The position numbers were made by a program, and so were the translations under genes. DNA of 64,000 bases from an uncultured Actinomycetota bacterium. Its GTDB lineage: Bacteria; Actinomycetota; Actinomycetes; JAFAQI01. The notes under the pieces are model-generated. The model made no database searches. It had not been told where the DNA came from and saw nothing but the letters and a program-made list of their open reading frames with translations. Shown one piece after another: positions 51,048-61,278 of the stretch. Position 1 is the first letter of the stretch, and the number at the start of each line of letters is the position of its first letter. The stretch lies in contig CAVYQE010000001.1 in the NCBI GenBank assembly GCA_963770565.1, forward strand, positions 736,001-800,000. The letters run 5' to 3'.

Positions 51048-52219
51048 GCGTTGCAGAATTCCTGGCCGACAACGGTCAGCGGCTGGTCGAGGTGCGCCGC
51101 GACCTGCACGCGCATCCCGAGCTGAGCCGCGAGGAGCGGCGTACGACGGACCTGCTGGCCGACGCGCTGTCGCATGTCGGGCTCGCACCCCGGATCCTGC
51201 CGTCCGGCACCGGCCTGCTGTGCGACATCGGACCGGAGCCGCCGACCGTCGCCTTCCGAGCCGACCTCGATGCGCTGCCGATCCCGGACTCGAAGGACGT
51301 CAGCTACCGGTCCAAGGTCGACGGCGTCACCCACGCCTGCGGCCACGACGTGCACGCGACGGTCGTGCTGGGCACCGGGCTGGCGCTGGCCCGGATCGCC
51401 GCGCGCGGCGAGCTGCACCGCGGCGTGCGGCTGGTCTTCCAGCCGGCCGAGGAGGTGGTGCCGGGCGGCGCGCTCGACGTGATCGCCGCGGGCGGCCTTG
51501 ACGGGATACAGCGGATCTACGCCGTCCACTGCGATCCCGGCGTCGATGTCGGGCAGGTCGGCCTCCGGACCGGACCGATTACGGCGGCGAGCGATCACAT
51601 CGAGGTGCGGCTGACCGGGCCCGGCGGGCACACCGCCCGCCCGCACCTGACCGCGGATCTGGTGACGGCGCTCGGCGCCGTGGTGACCGGAGTTCCCGCG
51701 CTGCTGGCCCGGCGGGTGGATCCGCGGGCCGGGCTCGCGCTGGTCTGGGGCCGGGTCAGCGCGGGCACGGTGTCCAACGTGATTCCGCGCAGCGGCCGTG
51801 CGGACGGCACGGTGCGCACGCTGTCGCGCGAGCTCTGGGAGACGCTGCCGCCGATCGTCGAGGACGCGATCCACGCGGTTGCGGCGCCGTTCGGAGTCGG
51901 GGTCGAGCTGGTCTACACCCGCGGGGTGCCGCCGGTCGTCAATGACGCAGCCAGCATCGTGTCGCTCGATGCCGCGGTCCGCGCCTCGGTCGAGGGCGGT
52001 CAGGTGTGTGACAGCGCGCAGAGCCTGGGCGGCGAGGACTTCGCCTGGTATCTCGACCGGGTGCCGGGCGCGCTGGCCAGGCTCGGGGTGCGGTCACCGG
52101 GCAGCAAGGTCGTGATGGACCTTCACCAGTCGAGCTTCGACGTCGACGAGCGCTGCATCTCGGTGGGTGTTCAGCTGCTGACCGGGGTGGCGCTCGGCGC
52201 CGGTTGGGGCACCGACTGA
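51044..52219 (+). CDS. M20 family amidohydrolase (AmiA1-like)
   Basis: HAHPELS, RADLDALP, HACGHD, FQPAEE, GEDF. Confidence 0.9.
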   Translation: MSVAEFLADNGQRLVEVRRDLHAHPELSREERRTTDLLADALSHVGLAPRILPSGTGLLCDIGPEPPTVAFRADLDALPIPDSKDVSYRSKVDGVTHACGHDVHATVVLGTGLALARIAARGELHRGVRLVFQPAEEVVPGGALDVIAAGGLDGIQRIYAVHCDPGVDVGQVGLRTGPITAASDHIEVRLTGPGGHTARPHLTADLVTALGAVVTGVPALLARRVDPRAGLALVWGRVSAGTVSNVIPRSGRADGTVRTLSRELWETLPPIVEDAIHAVAAPFGVGVELVYTRGVPPVVNDAASIVSLDAAVRASVEGGQVCDSAQSLGGEDFAWYLDRVPGALARLGVRSPGSKVVMDLHQSSFDVDERCISVGVQLLTGVALGAGWGTD

Positions 52220-52223
52220 CGGC

Positions 52224-52619
52224 TCAGGAGTACTTGTGGCCGGCCAGGATGATCCAGCCGCCCGGATGCGTACCGGTGGCGTGGTGCGTGTAGTGGATGA
52301 CCGGATGTCCCGGGTCCGGCTCGAACTGGCCGTGGATCTCGACGACGTCGCCGGGCTCGACCGGCACCCTGGGCGCCAAGGTCAGGTTGTGGTCGATCTC
52401 GACCAGGTGGCCGAGGACGCGGATGTCGAAGTCCTCGTGCGGTCCCTCGGGTCCGTTCGAGTCGGGGAGTACCGCGGTCACCGTCCCGCGAACCGTCACC
52501 TCTCCCGCCGTCGCTGCGGTCAGGTCGTGGACGAAGCCGGCGTTGTCGACGTGCGCCTGCCCGCACCCGGCCAACCCCGCGGCCAGTGCCACGATCACTA
52601 AGCCGGCGCGGGCCCGCAT
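52224..52619 (-). CDS. DUF3465-like lipoprotein
   Basis: Lipobox LAGC; HNLTLAPRV, IHYTHH..HPGGW. Confidence 0.65.
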   Translation of the reverse strand: MRARAGLVIVALAAGLAGCGQAHVDNAGFVHDLTAATAGEVTVRGTVTAVLPDSNGPEGPHEDFDIRVLGHLVEIDHNLTLAPRVPVEPGDVVEIHGQFEPDPGHPVIHYTHHATGTHPGGWIILAGHKYS

Positions 52620-53072
52620 TCAGGGACCGACGGTCCGGCATGGCCTGGCCCTCAGCTCCGCGACGTAGTCGTCGGGGGCGCCGGCGACCTCGGCCGCATC
52701 GGCCATCACGCCGAGGTAGCGCGCCGACGGCAGGCCGCCCTCGTAGCCGTCGAGCACGTAGAGCCAGGAGAGCAGCAGTCCGTCCAGGGTGTGCACCCGC
52801 ACCCGGATCTTGTTGTAGAGGCCCGTAGTGGCGAACTCGATCTCGTCGAGAATCGACTCGTCGTGCCCCGTGACGTCGTAGATCATGACGAAGACCCGGT
52901 TGCCGGGATCCTCGACGACGGTGGCCAGCGACCCTTCCCAGCCGAGATCCTCACCGCCGAAGGTCAGCCGCCAGCCTTCCAGCCAGCCGGTGCCTTGCGA
53001 GGGTGAGTGTGGGCAACGCTCGCGCATCTGCTGCGGATCGAGATTGGATCCGTACGCCGCGTAGAAGGCCAC
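52620..53072 (-). CDS. Gamma-glutamylcyclotransferase family protein
   Basis: YAAYGSNL, RCPHSP, GGLPSARYL. Confidence 0.88.
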   Translation of the reverse strand: MAFYAAYGSNLDPQQMRERCPHSPSQGTGWLEGWRLTFGGEDLGWEGSLATVVEDPGNRVFVMIYDVTGHDESILDEIEFATTGLYNKIRVRVHTLDGLLLSWLYVLDGYEGGLPSARYLGVMADAAEVAGAPDDYVAELRARPCRTVGP

Positions 53073-53121
53073 GCCGCGAAGCGTAGTGAGCCGCTCTTGC
53101 CGGCAGGCAACAATGTCCCCT

Positions 53122-54516
53122 GTGACACGAATCGCGATCCTTGGTGGTGGGCCCGGTGGCTACGAGGCGGCGCTCGTTGCCGCGCAGCTCGGCGCTGACG
53201 TCGTGATCGTCGAGCGGGACGGGGTAGGCGGGGCATGTGTGCTCGCCGACTGCGTGCCGTCGAAGACGCTGATCGCGACGAGCGAGACGATCACTGGTTT
53301 CGCCGGCAGCGAGGCGCTCGGTGTGCGCCTGCGCAGCGGCGGCCGGGTGTCCGACCAGGTCTCGGTGGACGCGGTCGCGGTCAACAACCGGGTGAGGGCG
53401 CTCGCCAATGCGCAGTCGGTGGACATTGCGACCCGGCTCGGCGGTGAGGGCGTCGAGGTGATCACGGGGAGCGGGCGGTTCCGCAACCCACGTCAGATCG
53501 TCGTCACCTCCGGTGTCGAGGAGCGGGTCGTGGACACCGACGTGGTGCTGGTCGCAACCGGCGCGTCGCCACGGGTGTTGCGCGACGCGCCGCCGGACGG
53601 GGAGCGAATCCTGAACTGGCAGCAGATGTACGACCTGCCCGCACTGCCCGAGCACCTCGTCGTCGTCGGGTCCGGGGTCACCGGGGCCGAGTTCGCCAGC
53701 GCATACCTGGCGCTCGGCAGCGATGTCACGCTTGTGTCGAGCCGTGACCGGGTCATGCCGAGCGAGGACGCCGATGCGGCGCTGCTGATCGAGGAGGTGT
53801 TCACCCGGCGCGGCATGAACATCGTGCGCCAGGCCCGCGCTGCGGGCGTCGTACGAACGGCTACCGGCGTCGAAGTGGAGCTCGTCGATGGCCGCCGGGT
53901 GCAGGGCTCGCACTGTCTCGTCGCGGTGGGCTCGGTGCCCAACACCGCCGAGCTCGGGCTCGACCTCGCGGGTGTCGCGACCGATGCGGCCGGGCACGTC
54001 CTGGTGGACCGGGTCTCGCGGACGTCGACCCCGGGCATCTATGCGGCCGGCGACTGCACCGGCCTGCTGCTGCTCGCCTCGGTCGCGGCGATGCAGGGGC
54101 GGACCGCGATGTGGCATGCGCTGGGCGATGCGGTGGCGCCGCTGCGCCTGGCGACCGTGTCGGCGAACGTGTTCACCGACCCCGAGATCGCCACGGTCGG
54201 CCTGGTCTCGGTCGAGTCAGCCGCCGAGCGCGGCGGTGTGCGGGAGCTGAAGTTGGCGCTGGCCACCAATGCGCGGGCGAAGATGCAGGGCATCGAGGAC
54301 GGCTTCGTCAAGCTCTACTGCCGGCCGGGAACGGGCGCGGTGCTCGGCGGCGTCGTCGTCGCCCCGCGAGCCAGCGAGCTGATCCTTCCCGTGTCACTCG
54401 CGGTTCAGCACGGTCTCACCGTCGATCAGCTGTCGCACACGTTCACGATCTACCCGTCGATCAGCGGCAGCATCACCGAGGCCGCCCGCCTGCTCCACCT
54501 CGCGTCCTCCGACTAA
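53122..54516 (+). CDS. lpdA: NAD(P)H-quinone dehydrogenase (LpdA-like flavoprotein disulfide reductase)
   Basis: GGGPGG, GGACVLADCVPSK, GSGVTGAE, YPSISGS; divergent from GGCT as in other actinobacteria. Confidence 0.88.
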   Translation: MTRIAILGGGPGGYEAALVAAQLGADVVIVERDGVGGACVLADCVPSKTLIATSETITGFAGSEALGVRLRSGGRVSDQVSVDAVAVNNRVRALANAQSVDIATRLGGEGVEVITGSGRFRNPRQIVVTSGVEERVVDTDVVLVATGASPRVLRDAPPDGERILNWQQMYDLPALPEHLVVVGSGVTGAEFASAYLALGSDVTLVSSRDRVMPSEDADAALLIEEVFTRRGMNIVRQARAAGVVRTATGVEVELVDGRRVQGSHCLVAVGSVPNTAELGLDLAGVATDAAGHVLVDRVSRTSTPGIYAAGDCTGLLLLASVAAMQGRTAMWHALGDAVAPLRLATVSANVFTDPEIATVGLVSVESAAERGGVRELKLALATNARAKMQGIEDGFVKLYCRPGTGAVLGGVVVAPRASELILPVSLAVQHGLTVDQLSHTFTIYPSISGSITEAARLLHLASSD

Positions 54517-54529
54517 CCCCCGCCACGAA

Positions 54530-54961
54530 TCAACCAGACTCGGTCAAGCGCCGAATGGCACGGGTTGCAGCCTGTCGGACCCTCGGCAGGGGATCGTCTT
54601 GCAAGACGATGAGGAGCTCCAGCGCAACATCGAGGCGGTGCCTCGCAACGACCTTGGCGGCCATTTCTCGGGCCCGCCAAGCGTCGTCCGTAAGCGCATC
54701 GAGTACGGCTGATCTCGCTGAGTCGTTCCAATTCCACAGCAGTCCACGCAGCGCCCAGACTCGAAGCCAGTAGTCAGGCCCTGGTTCGCCGCTGGTGACC
54801 GCCCACTTCGCCGGCGGACCGCCTAAGCCGTAGACGATGCTGGGAGGGACGTTTTGGCCGGACAACAGGCGAATGCATGCGTCCACAACGACGTCCGGGC
54901 CATATTGAAGGCACAGAGCCTCGACACTGCGACGAGGGCCTGGCCACGTCGTTGAGCCCAT
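54530..54961 (-). CDS. HEAT-repeat-like protein
   Basis: DDAWRAREMAAK and DPLPRVRQAA repeats; CAGAAT 6 nt before ATG 54961. Confidence 0.65.
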   Translation of the reverse strand: MGSTTWPGPRRSVEALCLQYGPDVVVDACIRLLSGQNVPPSIVYGLGGPPAKWAVTSGEPGPDYWLRVWALRGLLWNWNDSARSAVLDALTDDAWRAREMAAKVVARHRLDVALELLIVLQDDPLPRVRQAATRAIRRLTESG

Positions 54962-54991
54962 CGCCCCATTCTGCGACAAGACTAGCTTTCG

Positions 54992-55612
54992 TCATTGTTT
55001 GATGCGGAGGCTGCGGAGCATGCGCAAGACGTCGGTGCGGTCTTGGGGTGTCGCGGCTGGGCCGAGGCATGCGGTCAGGTCGAACCTCTCACCCGGGTAT
55101 CCCTGAGCGTCCTGCCGGACTGAGGCGTCCACCTCGGTGTCGGCGCCGGTCGCGCACCGTGACGTGGCCGGGCCGGTCCACACCTTCGCCGGCCGGCGGT
55201 CGATGGTCGTTGGCTTGCCGGGCAGTGTGCTCAGTGCCGGTCCAGCGGTTCCCGGGAACTCGGCATGGCTCCACAGCGCGATCACACCGTCAGTCGGAGT
55301 GCGCCAGTCAGCCGGGAACCAGTTCTGGGTGGTGCACACCGTCTGCGCGCGGCCGCTCGCGCAGGGACCGGTGAATCGGATGCTGCTGACGAACCGCGAT
55401 GGGAAGTAGACCGTGGCGGCGGTCCCTCGGTATGCCGTGGTGTACCAGCGCGCGGGCACTTGGACGGACGCCAGGCCATTCAGGGAAAGCGTGGTCCACG
55501 GACCCTCACTGATCGCCGCATCGCCCTGATTCGATGAGTCAGAGGCCTGCGTGCACCCGGACCCAAACACGACCAACGCCAGCGCCAGCGCAGACGCCCA
55601 GACGCGACTCAC
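54992..55612 (-). CDS. Hypothetical lipoprotein
   Basis: Signal peptide ending GSGC; four further cysteines. Confidence 0.55.
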   Translation of the reverse strand: MSRVWASALALALVVFGSGCTQASDSSNQGDAAISEGPWTTLSLNGLASVQVPARWYTTAYRGTAATVYFPSRFVSSIRFTGPCASGRAQTVCTTQNWFPADWRTPTDGVIALWSHAEFPGTAGPALSTLPGKPTTIDRRPAKVWTGPATSRCATGADTEVDASVRQDAQGYPGERFDLTACLGPAATPQDRTDVLRMLRSLRIKQ

Positions 55613-55620
55613 AATGAAGA

Positions 55621-55646
55621 GACGCTATCCCCGCGAGTTCGGTTCC
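55621..55646 (-). promoter_or_regulatory. ECF sigma-type promoter
   Basis: GGAAC-N17-CGTC ending 8 nt before the GTG start at 55612. Confidence 0.5.
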
Positions 55647-55762
55647 GCCGCCGTGAGCAGAGGCGCTGCAGCACACCTCGGGCGTTCTTGATGGCCAGGA
55701 GCGTTGGAACAGCGGGAAACTCGGGGCGAATTCGGCTTGGTGGGCGGTGTCAGGATGGTGGC

Positions 55763-56536
55763 GTGTCTGATCGTGCGCTGAGCTTTGGTGCGGTGGCGGA
55801 AGCGTATGAACGGTTCCGACCGGCGTACCCGGAGGAGCTCTTCGACGCGGTCATGACCTACGCGGGTCAGCCGATTCGGTGTGCGTTGGAGATCGGTGCT
55901 GGCACCGGCAAGGCAACTCGGCTCTTTGCTCAACACGGGGTTGCGGTTACCGCGACCGAGCCTGATGCGGCGATGCTTGCCGAACTGCGCACGCACGTTC
56001 CGGCAACGGTCAAGACTGTCCAGGCCGCGTTCGAAGACCTGCCGCTCAACGAGACCTACGAGCTGGTCTACGCCGCTGCCGCGCTTCATTGGACTGATCC
56101 CGTGGACCGGTGGTCGCGGATCGCTGCGTTGTTGGAGCCGGGCGGGGTGTTTGCCTCGTTCGGCGGACCGGTTCATCTCGCCGATCCAGAGGTGGAGGAG
56201 GCCGTGCGTACGGCCCGGGCACCGTTCCTGGACAGCGACGAGGTCGCATCCCCGGACGACACACCTGCAGAGGATCCGATGCAGTGGCCGGGCTCGGAGC
56301 TGCAACGCTCAGCGTTGTTCACCGACGTCGAGCAGTCCTTCATCGAGCGACGCTTGACCATGAGTGCCGGCGACTACGTCGGTCACCTCTCAACCATCTC
56401 GGCCTACCTCCAACTGCCGACCTTGGAGCAGGACCAGGTCTATCGCCGGATCGAGCAGGTTCTCCCTGACAACGTCGAGGTCGTCGCCGACATCACGGTC
56501 CATCTCGCGCGCCGCTGTCAGCCGCTCAGATGCTGA
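55763..56536 (+). CDS. Class I SAM-dependent methyltransferase
   Basis: FRPAYP, LEIGAGTGKAT, ALHW. Confidence 0.85.
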   Translation: MSDRALSFGAVAEAYERFRPAYPEELFDAVMTYAGQPIRCALEIGAGTGKATRLFAQHGVAVTATEPDAAMLAELRTHVPATVKTVQAAFEDLPLNETYELVYAAAALHWTDPVDRWSRIAALLEPGGVFASFGGPVHLADPEVEEAVRTARAPFLDSDEVASPDDTPAEDPMQWPGSELQRSALFTDVEQSFIERRLTMSAGDYVGHLSTISAYLQLPTLEQDQVYRRIEQVLPDNVEVVADITVHLARRCQPLRC

Positions 56537-57432
56537 CCGAGGAACGCAAGCGCCGGCATCGCCTGACTCCCGAAGAACGCATCGTTGTGGAGCCCGGGCG
56601 GGAAGAGCACCTGCGATCCGGCGGGGAGATGTTGCTTGAGCACCTCGACGTAGGGGTGGAACGGATCGTCCCGTCCTGACGCGATGCGAACGGGTATCCC
56701 GCGCAGCGCCGACGCGTGCGTGATGACGTCGTGCGCCGCGAAGTCGGTCGCGCTGGTGAAGGCGTCCGGGTTGGCGTTCTGCGAGTCGGCGTAGGTCGTC
56801 CAGACCGCCGGGCTGATCGGCGCCACGGCGGCGACCATGGCGGGGCGCTCCTCCGCGAGCAGCAGGGCGCCGTACCCACCCATCGACTCACCCGTCAGCC
56901 CGAGCTTGCGGTGGACGCCGACGCCTAATCCGAGCCGGTGGCATCGCGGCAGGAACTCGGTGAGGAGCATGCGCATCGGGTCATCACCCGGATGGGCGTG
57001 CCAGTAGCCGTTCCCTCCGTCGACCGCCGCGATCGCCATCGCCGGCAACGACCGGCCGTTGAGTGTCGCCGCCAGCAAATGCACCGGCTGCACCGGCCCG
57101 ATCGGGTACGCGTGCGTACCGGCGAAACCGTGCAGCGCCAGCACGAGTGGGAGGCGGTCCCCCGAGCGGTAGCCAGGGGGATAGCTGATCGTCCATCCGA
57201 CCGTGGTCCCGCGGGCGGCCGAGTAGAACGTGCCGCTGACTGCAGAGCCCGGCGGGCGATAAGCCACATCGGGCTGATCAACCTTGGTACGGCCCAACAG
57301 CTCGTCCAGCCGGACCTTGCCCGGTACGGCACCACGCTCGACGAGCTCGTACCCGCCACCCATTGCGCCCAGCAGCGCTACCCCAATGCCGCCGATGACG
57401 ACCTTGCGCCGCCCCACGCGCCGGTCAGCCAC
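56518..57432 (-). CDS. Exported alpha/beta hydrolase (esterase), possible Tat substrate
   Basis: GRRK plus hydrophobic segment; LALHG, GESMGG, DDPF, GLH. Confidence 0.8.
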   Translation of the reverse strand: MADRRVGRRKVVIGGIGVALLGAMGGGYELVERGAVPGKVRLDELLGRTKVDQPDVAYRPPGSAVSGTFYSAARGTTVGWTISYPPGYRSGDRLPLVLALHGFAGTHAYPIGPVQPVHLLAATLNGRSLPAMAIAAVDGGNGYWHAHPGDDPMRMLLTEFLPRCHRLGLGVGVHRKLGLTGESMGGYGALLLAEERPAMVAAVAPISPAVWTTYADSQNANPDAFTSATDFAAHDVITHASALRGIPVRIASGRDDPFHPYVEVLKQHLPAGSQVLFPPGLHNDAFFGSQAMPALAFLGQHLSG

Positions 57433-57452
57433 CTCCGGACGCTATCCCGCTC

Positions 57453-59198
57453 CTAGGTCGGTTCGACGATTCGGCAGAGCGTTTCACCGGGGCTGACCAC
57501 GTTGCCGATCGTGGCGGTGAGATCAGCAACCGTCCCGGACCGATGCGCGTTGATGGGCTGCTCCATCTTCATCGCTTCGAGGACGACGATCAGGTCCCCG
57601 GCTTCGACCATTGCGCCGTCCTCGACTGCGACCTTGACGATCGTGCCCTGCATCGGCGCGGTGAGGGCATCTCCGTCGGCGGTGGCCTTCGAGGAGCTCG
57701 CGCGATGCGACGGCGGCTTGCCGCGGTGGGCGGTGCCGCCGACGCCAAGCCCTTCCGGCAGCGTGACCTCGAACCGCCGGCCGCCGACCTCGACCGTGAC
57801 CTGGTCCCGTCCGGCAACCGCCGCCGAGCCGCCCGGGGGAGCGACGTAAGGCTCGACCGACCCGGTCCACTCGGTCTCGATCCATCGGGTGTGGACCGAG
57901 AACGGCTCGCTGGTGAACGCGGGATCGGCCAGCACCGCACGGTGGAAAGCGATGATCGTCGGCATCCCACCGACGTCGAACTCGTCGAGTGCTCGCCTCG
58001 ATCGCGCGATGGCCTCCGCGCGGTTCGCACCGGTCACGACCAGCTTCGCCAGCAACGAGTCGAACGCGGCCGGAACGGTGTCACCGACGACGTAGCCGGC
58101 ATCGACCCGTACGCCGGGACCCGACGGGGGCTGCCAGGCCGTGATTGTTCCGGGCGCAGGAAGGAACCCTCGACCGGCGTCCTCGGCGTTGATCCGGAAC
58201 TCGATCGAGTGGCCCCGGGGGATCGGGTCGGTCGCGGCGATGTGCTGGCCGTCGGCAATCGCGAACTGTGCGAGCACCAGGTCGACGCCACTGGTCTGCT
58301 CAGTGACCGGGTGCTCGACCTGCAACCGGGTGTTGACCTCGAGGAAGGAGATCGTGCCGTCCTGCGCAACCAGGAACTCGCAGGTGCCGGCACCGACGTA
58401 GCCGGCCGCAGCGGCGATCGCCTTGCTCGCGGCGTACAGCTGGCCGCGCTGGTCGTCGGTGAGGAACGGCGCCGGTGCTTCCTCGACCACCTTCTGGTGG
58501 CGCCGTTGCAGCGAACAGTCCCGGGTGCCGACCACGACGACCTGACCGTGCTGGTCGGCGAGCAGCTGGGTTTCGACGTGGCGCGGTTTGTCGAGGTAGC
58601 GCTCGACGAAACACTCGCCACGGCCGAACGCCGCGATCGCCTCGCGGACCGCGCTGTCGAACAGCTCGGGGATTTCCTCGCGGGTGCGCGCCACCTTCAG
58701 TCCGCGCCCGCCTCCACCGAAGGCCGCCTTCACCGCGACCGGCAACCCATGCGCGTCGACGAAGGCGAGCACCTCGTCGACCCCGGCAACCGGGTTGGGC
58801 GTGCCCGGGGTCAGTGGCGCACCGACGTCCGCGGCGATGTGTCGGGCCTTGACCTTGTCGCCGAGCGCGTCGATCGCGGCCGGCGGCGGTCCGATCCAGG
58901 TCAGGCCGGCATCGATAACCGCGGCCGCAAACGCCGCGTTCTCGGACAGGAAGCCGTACCCGGGGTGGATCGCATCCGCGCCTGATCGCTTGGCGATGTC
59001 GAGCACCTTGGCGATGTCGAGGTAGGTCTCGCCCGGCGTGCTGCCGCCGAGCGCGTAGGCCTCGTCGGCCAGTCGTACATGCTGCGCGTCGAGGTCCGCA
59101 TCGGCGTAGATCGCCACGCTCGTCAGCCCGGCGTCGCGACAAGCCCGGGCCACCCGTACCGCGATCTCGGCGCGGTTGGCGATCAGGACCTTCTGCAT
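57453..59198 (-). CDS. accA3: Acetyl/propionyl-CoA carboxylase alpha subunit (biotin carboxylase plus BCCP)
   Basis: [33 protein letters not shown]. Confidence 0.93.
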   Translation of the reverse strand: MQKVLIANRAEIAVRVARACRDAGLTSVAIYADADLDAQHVRLADEAYALGGSTPGETYLDIAKVLDIAKRSGADAIHPGYGFLSENAAFAAAVIDAGLTWIGPPPAAIDALGDKVKARHIAADVGAPLTPGTPNPVAGVDEVLAFVDAHGLPVAVKAAFGGGGRGLKVARTREEIPELFDSAVREAIAAFGRGECFVERYLDKPRHVETQLLADQHGQVVVVGTRDCSLQRRHQKVVEEAPAPFLTDDQRGQLYAASKAIAAAAGYVGAGTCEFLVAQDGTISFLEVNTRLQVEHPVTEQTSGVDLVLAQFAIADGQHIAATDPIPRGHSIEFRINAEDAGRGFLPAPGTITAWQPPSGPGVRVDAGYVVGDTVPAAFDSLLAKLVVTGANRAEAIARSRRALDEFDVGGMPTIIAFHRAVLADPAFTSEPFSVHTRWIETEWTGSVEPYVAPPGGSAAVAGRDQVTVEVGGRRFEVTLPEGLGVGGTAHRGKPPSHRASSSKATADGDALTAPMQGTIVKVAVEDGAMVEAGDLIVVLEAMKMEQPINAHRSGTVADLTATIGNVVSPGETLCRIVEPT

Positions 59199-59249
59199 CC
59201 CCAGACTCTATTGATTGACGGCGCGTGGCATGCTCCCCGCGTGAACGAG

Positions 59250-60410
59250 ATGCCCTTCTCCAACTTCCAGAACGAGATCTATCTCAACGGCACAGTCGGC
59301 ATCGTTCCGGACTTTCCGGTCGAGTCGGCCGCGTTGGAGGCGGCCGCGAAGGAGCGGTTCGCCCCAGAGGCCTTCGGCTACGTCGCGGGCAGCGCCGGAT
59401 CGGAGACGACCGCCCGGGCCAACCGGGCCGCGTTCGACCGCTGGCGGATCGTGCCGAGGTTCCTGCGCGACGTCTCCGTCCGCGACCTCTCGACGTCGGT
59501 GCTCGGCACCGCGATGCCGGCGCCGGTCGCGCTGGCACCGGTGGGAGTGCAGGGGATCGTGCATCCCGACGCCGAGATTGCTGTCGCCAAGGCGGCGGCG
59601 AGCCTGCACCTGCCGATGGCGCTGTCAACCGTGTCGTCGTACCGGATGGAAGACGTCGCCGCCGCGGGTGGTGACTCGCCGCGCTGGTTCCAGCTGTACT
59701 GGCCGAAGGATCGCGATGTCGGCGCATCGCTGCTCGCCCGGGCTAAGGCGGCCGGCTTCTCCGCGTTGCTGCTCACCCTGGACACCTTCACCCTGGCCTG
59801 GCGGCCGCGGGACCTTGCCCATGCCTTCCTGCCGTTCTTGCAGGGTCTCGGGCTGGCGAACTACGAGAGCGACCCGGCCTTCCTCGCCGGACTGGAGAAG
59901 TCGCCGCGGGAGGACCCGACCGCGTCGATCCTGCACTGGCAATCGATGTTCGGCGATCCGAGCAACACCTGGTCGGACCTGGCCTGGGTCCGTGAGCACT
60001 GGGACGGCCCGATCGCGCTGAAGGGCGTGCTGCACCCGGACGATGCGCGGCGCGGGATCGATGCCGGCGTCGAGGGGATCCTGGTCTCCAACCACGGCGG
60101 CCGGCAGATCGACGGCGAGATCGCCGCATTCGAGGCATTGCCGGACATCGTCTCGGCGGTGGCCGGTCGAGCCGATGTGCTGCTGGACTCCGGCGTGCGG
60201 ACCGGCTCGGACGTCCTGAAGGCGGTCGCGCTGGGCGCGTCGGCGGTCCTGATCGGCCGCCCGTACATCTACGGGCTCGGTCTTGGCGGCGAGGCCGGCG
60301 TGCGGCACGTGCTGCGCAGCCTGCTCGCCGAGCTCGAGTTGACGATGGCGCTGGCGGGCTGCGCGTCGCTCTCAGATGTCGGGCCGGAGCTACTGACCCG
60401 TATACCGTGA
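59250..60410 (+). CDS. FMN-dependent alpha-hydroxy acid oxidase (lactate 2-monooxygenase-like)
   Basis: WFQLY, LKG, SNHGGRQ, DSGVRTG; alternative start GTG 59241. Confidence 0.88.
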   Translation: MPFSNFQNEIYLNGTVGIVPDFPVESAALEAAAKERFAPEAFGYVAGSAGSETTARANRAAFDRWRIVPRFLRDVSVRDLSTSVLGTAMPAPVALAPVGVQGIVHPDAEIAVAKAAASLHLPMALSTVSSYRMEDVAAAGGDSPRWFQLYWPKDRDVGASLLARAKAAGFSALLLTLDTFTLAWRPRDLAHAFLPFLQGLGLANYESDPAFLAGLEKSPREDPTASILHWQSMFGDPSNTWSDLAWVREHWDGPIALKGVLHPDDARRGIDAGVEGILVSNHGGRQIDGEIAAFEALPDIVSAVAGRADVLLDSGVRTGSDVLKAVALGASAVLIGRPYIYGLGLGGEAGVRHVLRSLLAELELTMALAGCASLSDVGPELLTRIP

Positions 60411-60414
60411 TCGC

Positions 60415-61275
60415 GTGGCGGACTCACCAGCAGGCTTGGCGGGGCTGCGTTTTCGGCGCCTGCACGAGGGCACCCGGGTCCGTTCCGCCGCTGGCATGCC
60501 GGTGCTGGACCGGCTCTACGACATCTGGGAACGCCGGGACGTCTTGCGCATGCTCACCGAGCGCGGGCTGCGGCAGAAGTACGCCGGCTCGGTGCTCGGC
60601 TACGCGTGGTCGCTGCTCGAACCTGCCCTGCTGATCGCGACGTACTTCCTGCTTCTCAAGATCTTCCACAAGAGCTATCCGATGTACCCGCTGTTCATCG
60701 CCTCGACGATCCTGCCCTGGCAGTGGTTCGCCTCGACCGTGACCTCCTCGACCACGACCCTCCGGCAGAACTCGCGGCTGATCACCTCGATCGCGCTGCC
60801 CCGCGAGATCTATCCGCTCGCCGATGTGCTGGTCAAGACGATCGAGTTCGCGTTGAGCCTGCCGATCATCCTGATCGTCGCGTTGATCTACGGCGTCCGA
60901 CCCTCCGGCTTCGTCTATGCACTTCCGCTGGTGCTGGTGCTCGAGCTGATGATCTGTGTCGGCATGGCGATGCTGGTCTCGGCGCTCAACACCGTGCTGC
61001 GCGACGTGCAGCGCGGGATCGGCATCTTCATCCGGATGATGTTCTACCTGGTCCCGGCGTTGTATCCGTTGCAGCGGTTGACCGGCTCGATGCGCCGACT
61101 GGACTCCTACAACCCGATGGTCGGCATCCTCGAGGTGAACCGTGCGGTGTGGCTGCCCGGCTACTGGACCAGCTGGCGCCCGGTGTACTTCTCCGTGATC
61201 GGCGCGTTCGTGATCCTGATCCTCGGTTTCACGGTGTTCAGCCGGGTCGAGCGGCTCGTCCTCAAGGAGCTGTGA
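60415..61275 (+). CDS. Polysaccharide/teichoic acid ABC exporter permease (Wzm/TagG)
   Basis: KYAGSVLGYAWSLLEP, LPRE, RDV, NPM; start uncertain. Confidence 0.88.
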   Translation: MADSPAGLAGLRFRRLHEGTRVRSAAGMPVLDRLYDIWERRDVLRMLTERGLRQKYAGSVLGYAWSLLEPALLIATYFLLLKIFHKSYPMYPLFIASTILPWQWFASTVTSSTTTLRQNSRLITSIALPREIYPLADVLVKTIEFALSLPIILIVALIYGVRPSGFVYALPLVLVLELMICVGMAMLVSALNTVLRDVQRGIGIFIRMMFYLVPALYPLQRLTGSMRRLDSYNPMVGILEVNRAVWLPGYWTSWRPVYFSVIGAFVILILGFTVFSRVERLVLKEL

Positions 61276-61278
61276 GGC

